A stretch of 64,000 nucleotides of DNA from contig DF237324.1 in NCBI GenBank assembly GCA_000708835.1, forward strand, positions 27,932 through 91,931, given 5' to 3'. This document shows positions 59,909 to 64,000 of the stretch, piece by piece; within the stretch, counting starts at the first letter, position 1; the number at the start of each line of letters is the position of its first letter. The stretch comes from Klebsormidium nitens. Lineage: Eukaryota > Plantae > Klebsormidiophyceae. Under the pieces are notes generated by a model that was not told the DNA's origin, did not search any database, and saw only the letters and a list, made by a program, of their open reading frames with translations. A program made the translations under genes and the position numbers.

Positions 59909-62900
59909 CTAGAAATGGAAGGGAACGTCATACTTGCTAAGCACCTTGGTCCACAACCACCAGAGCAACCCCCCTGCGACGAACTCAATGATCAAGTTTC
60001 TAACAAACGGCGGCATCCGGGCCAGGGGGTTCGACCCCAGCTTTTTCCGCTCCCCGACCAAGTCCTTAAACCTTAGTTTGTCCTGGCTGTGGGTTAGGTA
60101 GTAAACTACCCCCCGCATGTGACCCCGGCCCATGACGCCCACCACTTGTTTGGTTCCGTTGACGGCCTTGCTGCGCTTCATCGACCAAGCGAGGTACTGC
60201 ACGCCACAGAAAGGTGCGCTGTGCGTTGTCTGGTGTGAACGCCATTTCGAGGTATTACAGTCTCCTTACGGTGGCGCACATCGAATACAAGCTCGACTAT
60301 TGACAGACCACTCCGGATCCGAGAAGCCTAAATCTCAGGTTGAAGAGGAAAGCAAGCTATGAACGCGCCGGGGCAAAGATAACGCCCGACAGAAGCTGAT
60401 TGGACCACGAGTCAGGCAGGAATGGGAGGTCAAGTTTGTACTTCTGGTTCGCTGAAGTTGGGTAAAAGTGAAACTGATTCCATCCAAGAGTAGACGTTTT
60501 CAACGTTGACCTCAACTCCGCGAGGGTAAATGACGAAAAGGCTTTTGACGTCACCTTCGCAGTTTAAACACTATAACAAAGGCACAAAGACAAGCGTATG
60601 CTGGGGAGAGCAGACCACCAGGTTTTCGGCGTCTGACTATGTCGATACCATCAAGCAAATCCGCACGATCCTCCACACAAACGTCAGTAATCTTCCGACA
60701 AGATCAATGTTCCAGTTAGATCCTTTTTCGCACGCAGGGAGACGTGACGATGTCAGCAGGAATGCTTACGGATCGCCGTTCAATCAGGGAGACTGCACGT
60801 AAGACCAATTTCTCACCATTTCTCGTTCGTGCGTCAGCGGCCCCATGAGCCCCGGGAACGTCGCCGCGCACTCCTTGAACGCGACCGACAGCGCGTCGTC
60901 GTCCTTGAACAGGTCCATAACATCCTCGGTCATGGTTAACCCTGGCGTGGTTAGAGCGTAAAAGACGAACCACAGGAAGCGGAACCTTTCAAAGAAGCCG
61001 AGGGCGGTCCATGCGCGCTGCAGCGTGATCTCGATTGGCCGGTCGCCAAGCACGATCTGGAAACGAAGAACGATGATTGTGAGAAAGTATGGAAGGAGGG
61101 CGAAGAGAAAACTCAGAGGAGCCCCCCAGGTTTAATGTAAGCATTGGGCTCCTTGCTAGGGGGTGTTGAGTGACTTCGTTTGACTGGGGAGCTCCCTCTC
61201 GGTGCATGTGCGAGTCTTTTGGAACTGGAAACAACCAGCAATAATAAGAAGCGCGGCTCTTGAAAGCAGAGGAAGAGAAGCGAACCTCTGTGGACCGCTT
61301 TTCAAGCGAGGACACCTCGATGAAGAAGTCAGTAGGGGAGACTGAAAGGCATTGAGGGCCTGTGTGTTGGGGAGGGAGAAGAAAGTAGCGAGAAGAGAAG
61401 ACAAGAAGAACGAAATGTGTTTCTTCAGAAACAAGCAGGACTGAGAAAACCAAGAAAGAGGAAAGAAAGAGATGCTGAAGCGACTGAGACACCAGATCCA
61501 GTGTTTGAACGAGGCGGTTTAGCCTAGATTGGTCGAAAAATGATCAGAACTGATGCGGCCGATCCCCCAGTCCTACCCTTTCGAACAGACAGTCTTCGAA
61601 CCTGGGTTCGGAGTTAAACAATCAGACTTTTCACTCAGTAACTTCTGATCCGAAAAGACATGCTTCTGCTCCAAACTTCAGAACGTCCTGGTCATCATGC
61701 ACAATCACTACAAGAACGTTGGCAGGAATGCCAGTCTATTGCATAGAAGCATCGCTTGTCCGGATTTGTAGGCATCCAGATCGAGGCGCTGCAGTTCTAA
61801 CGGCGTGAAAACTGACTACGAATGCCTACCTGCGAGCCCAGCTCTTCTGCAGCCACCCTCGCCGCCCGCCACTCGACCCCCGTCTTGACCCCCACTGACT
61901 CCGACAACCGGTCAGAAATCGAGCCCAGCGCTAACCTCATTGCCATAGCCGGTCGGCCGCCCAGTTCCAAACTCCGCCCGACCGTGTCGTTAAACGAGCC
62001 CCTCCCGCTAAACGACATCAAATTCGAGCTTCCACTGGTGGACGGTTCCGCTTCGTCCTCTGAGTCTTCCACGTACATGATCGCGGCTCGGCTCCGGCAA
62101 AGCTCGACGACCACGTTTTCGGGCTTGACCGCGTTCATTACCCGGGTGACGTCGGTGGCGGAACGGCGGCTGAGGTGGGCCGTGCCAACCAGGAAGATGG
62201 TCTCAGGTTCTCGGTATCTGGAAGATACGAAGCCAGGTTTTGCCACTAACTGGAAAAATTTAAAGGCCCGACTTTTAAAAGTCGGTTGGGAAAAGCGTTT
62301 GAGGATAAGTAGCAAGTGTGGAGCCCGGTTCAAAAGAAGCAATCTAATTATATTTTCTGGAGCTGTAAGCACTCCTACCTTGACATCAAGGTTTGCACAA
62401 AAAAACTACTGTATTTGAAAACATGTGAACTGGCAAGGTCCCTCGATATTGACAACAGATCCCCAAATCAAGGACCATGCAACGGCACCCACTCTGCAAC
62501 TAGCATAAGCGGCTTAAGCGATATTTTAAGTCTTTAAGTGCCAGCTTAAGCAAGGAGACTGCAAAGGAGAAGCACTTACTGAGTTTTGGAAGAGGGGTGG
62601 TCAGTACTGGACGTTGCCGAACACTTGACTTCAGATTGTTTCTCCCATGCTTTCTGAAGCCACTCACCGCGAACTGGCTTGAGTGCCAGATCAGTGGTTC
62701 AATTCAATGAATCAGGAGCCTTCCATTTCACTGCAAAACCGCCTCCTGAACACAGAAGGTTCTTGCAGTTGCTTCCTCTGCAATAAGCTGCTAGCTGGCT
62801 GGCTTCTTTGCATAAGACCTCTCTCTCCAGAACACCCTTGTGTGCTCCCTGAGTTAGTGGACAGATGAATGCACTGTCGGGAAGAAGATATACTGGGGTG

Positions 62901-63387
62901 GGCTGGAAGGATGCTGTCTTTGGAAGAAAGAGGTTTAAATCAGTTGAAATGAGATAATGCAGTGTGCCCCTCACCCATCCTCCCTCCGTTCCACATAGTC
63001 CTCAGGCCTCTGCACCACCATAAGCGTCCCGTCTTCCGCCAGGTCCGATAGCTGTGGGTAGTGCTTATATACATAGGCGCGCGACTGCTTATATAGCGCA
63101 TGGCGGTGGTTGTAATCAGCAGGCGGTGGCTCAACTTTTACAGACGTCTCCCTGGAAGCTGCAGCAGATATGCAGAATGTCGGAGGTCGCTTGTGTTTGT
63201 TGGATTTAATAGCTGGACAATCTCGCAGCCATGCACTTCTCATATTCCTAGTTCCCGGCATCAGAGTTGCAACAGCGCGGCCATTGCAGCAGCTGGGAGA
63301 TTCAGAAAGTGCCAGCTGCGAGGTGCCCCGTCCAGATTGCCTGTTGAAAGTACACTTTTCTGCCGTTCGCAGAATCAGGCAAGGCAT
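59909..63387 (-). CDS. TraB/PrgY-family (TIKI superfamily) protein with a transit-peptide-like N-terminus
   Basis: Exons 63387-62975, 62217-61830, 61056-60817, 60196-59909. Motifs IFLVGTAHLS, VKPENVVVELCRSR, IVLGDRPIEITLQRAW, LTHEREMYLAWSMKRS, VVGVMGRGHM and a C-terminal TM segment. Confidence 0.92.
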
Positions 63388-63863
63388 GATGGCGCTGCTG
63401 GCCTCAAGACTCAGGAGCTTCGGTCAGCAGCAAGCATTCAATCTATTGCCTGCACTGCCAAGAGCCTCAGCCTCAGGTCGCCTCTTTTCTTTCTCATCCC
63501 CCGGCCTCAAACTGCGAAGCTAGAAACTAGAGACAGCGCTTTTCCAAGGAGAGTCTGGGCACTCCGATCGAGTCTTACCTACCCGGAGACCGTCAAGCCT
63601 AAGGGATCCCACTGGTCCATGACTGGATCGATGTCCATTTCTTGAAGTGTGTTGCGCAGGGTTTTGGCAATGATTATGAGAGCCAGCAAGGGCCAATGTT
63701 TGTGCACAGGTCGAGCAGAATGTTTTCAACCTAATGCACAATGCGCTACCCGATGCAACGATGCAACTAACTAACCAACTGCGCTAAACTGAAGAGAAAA
63801 CTATGCGTAACGTACGCTAACGGTAACACTAACTACGAATTTGGCTGGGACGCGGCCGCCGAA

Positions 63864-64000
63864 CTGGAATCCGCCGACTGGGCCACCAGGATCCGCCGGG
63901 ACGCCAGGAACCGCCGGAATGGGGGAGGGCGCCACCGGAACGCCAGGATCCGCCGGAACGCCAGAGCCCACCGGAACGCCGGAATGTGCCAGGACGCCAG
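63864..64000. repeat. GC-rich ~18-bp minisatellite (consensus CCAGGATCCGCCGGAACG), truncated by the window end
   Basis: Units start at 63886, 63904, 63922 (21 bp), 63943, 63961, 63979 and 63997, with a degenerate lead-in from 63864. Confidence 0.85.

Overview
Intron-rich eukaryotic nuclear DNA with very GC-rich exons, lower-GC GT-AG introns and compact head-to-head gene pairs. Gene content (plant-type CAMTA, TraB protein with transit-like N-terminus, ciliary CC2D2A) fits a flagellate-capable streptophyte alga, Klebsormidium-like (inference). I could hand-splice about 11 genes: a terminal exon of an upstream gene; a stand-alone STAND-like P-loop NTPase with a +1 frameshift; a putative NDUFAF4-like mitochondrial protein; a 66-aa single-TM protein; CAMTA; a SAP-domain protein; PRP17/CDC40; a helical/MYND-finger protein with one in-frame TAG; a TLC-domain protein; the 20-exon CC2D2A/MKS6; a 93-aa internally repeated orphan protein; and a TraB-family protein. 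No tRNA, rRNA, CRISPR array or intact transposon was found. The most striking unexplained structure is a recurring set of splice-junction 'echoes': diverged copies, mostly spaced ~100-135 bp, of an exon edge plus its splice site, stacked into the adjacent intron. They occur at 8 or more junctions in three unrelated genes. All exon models are manual and lack transcript support.
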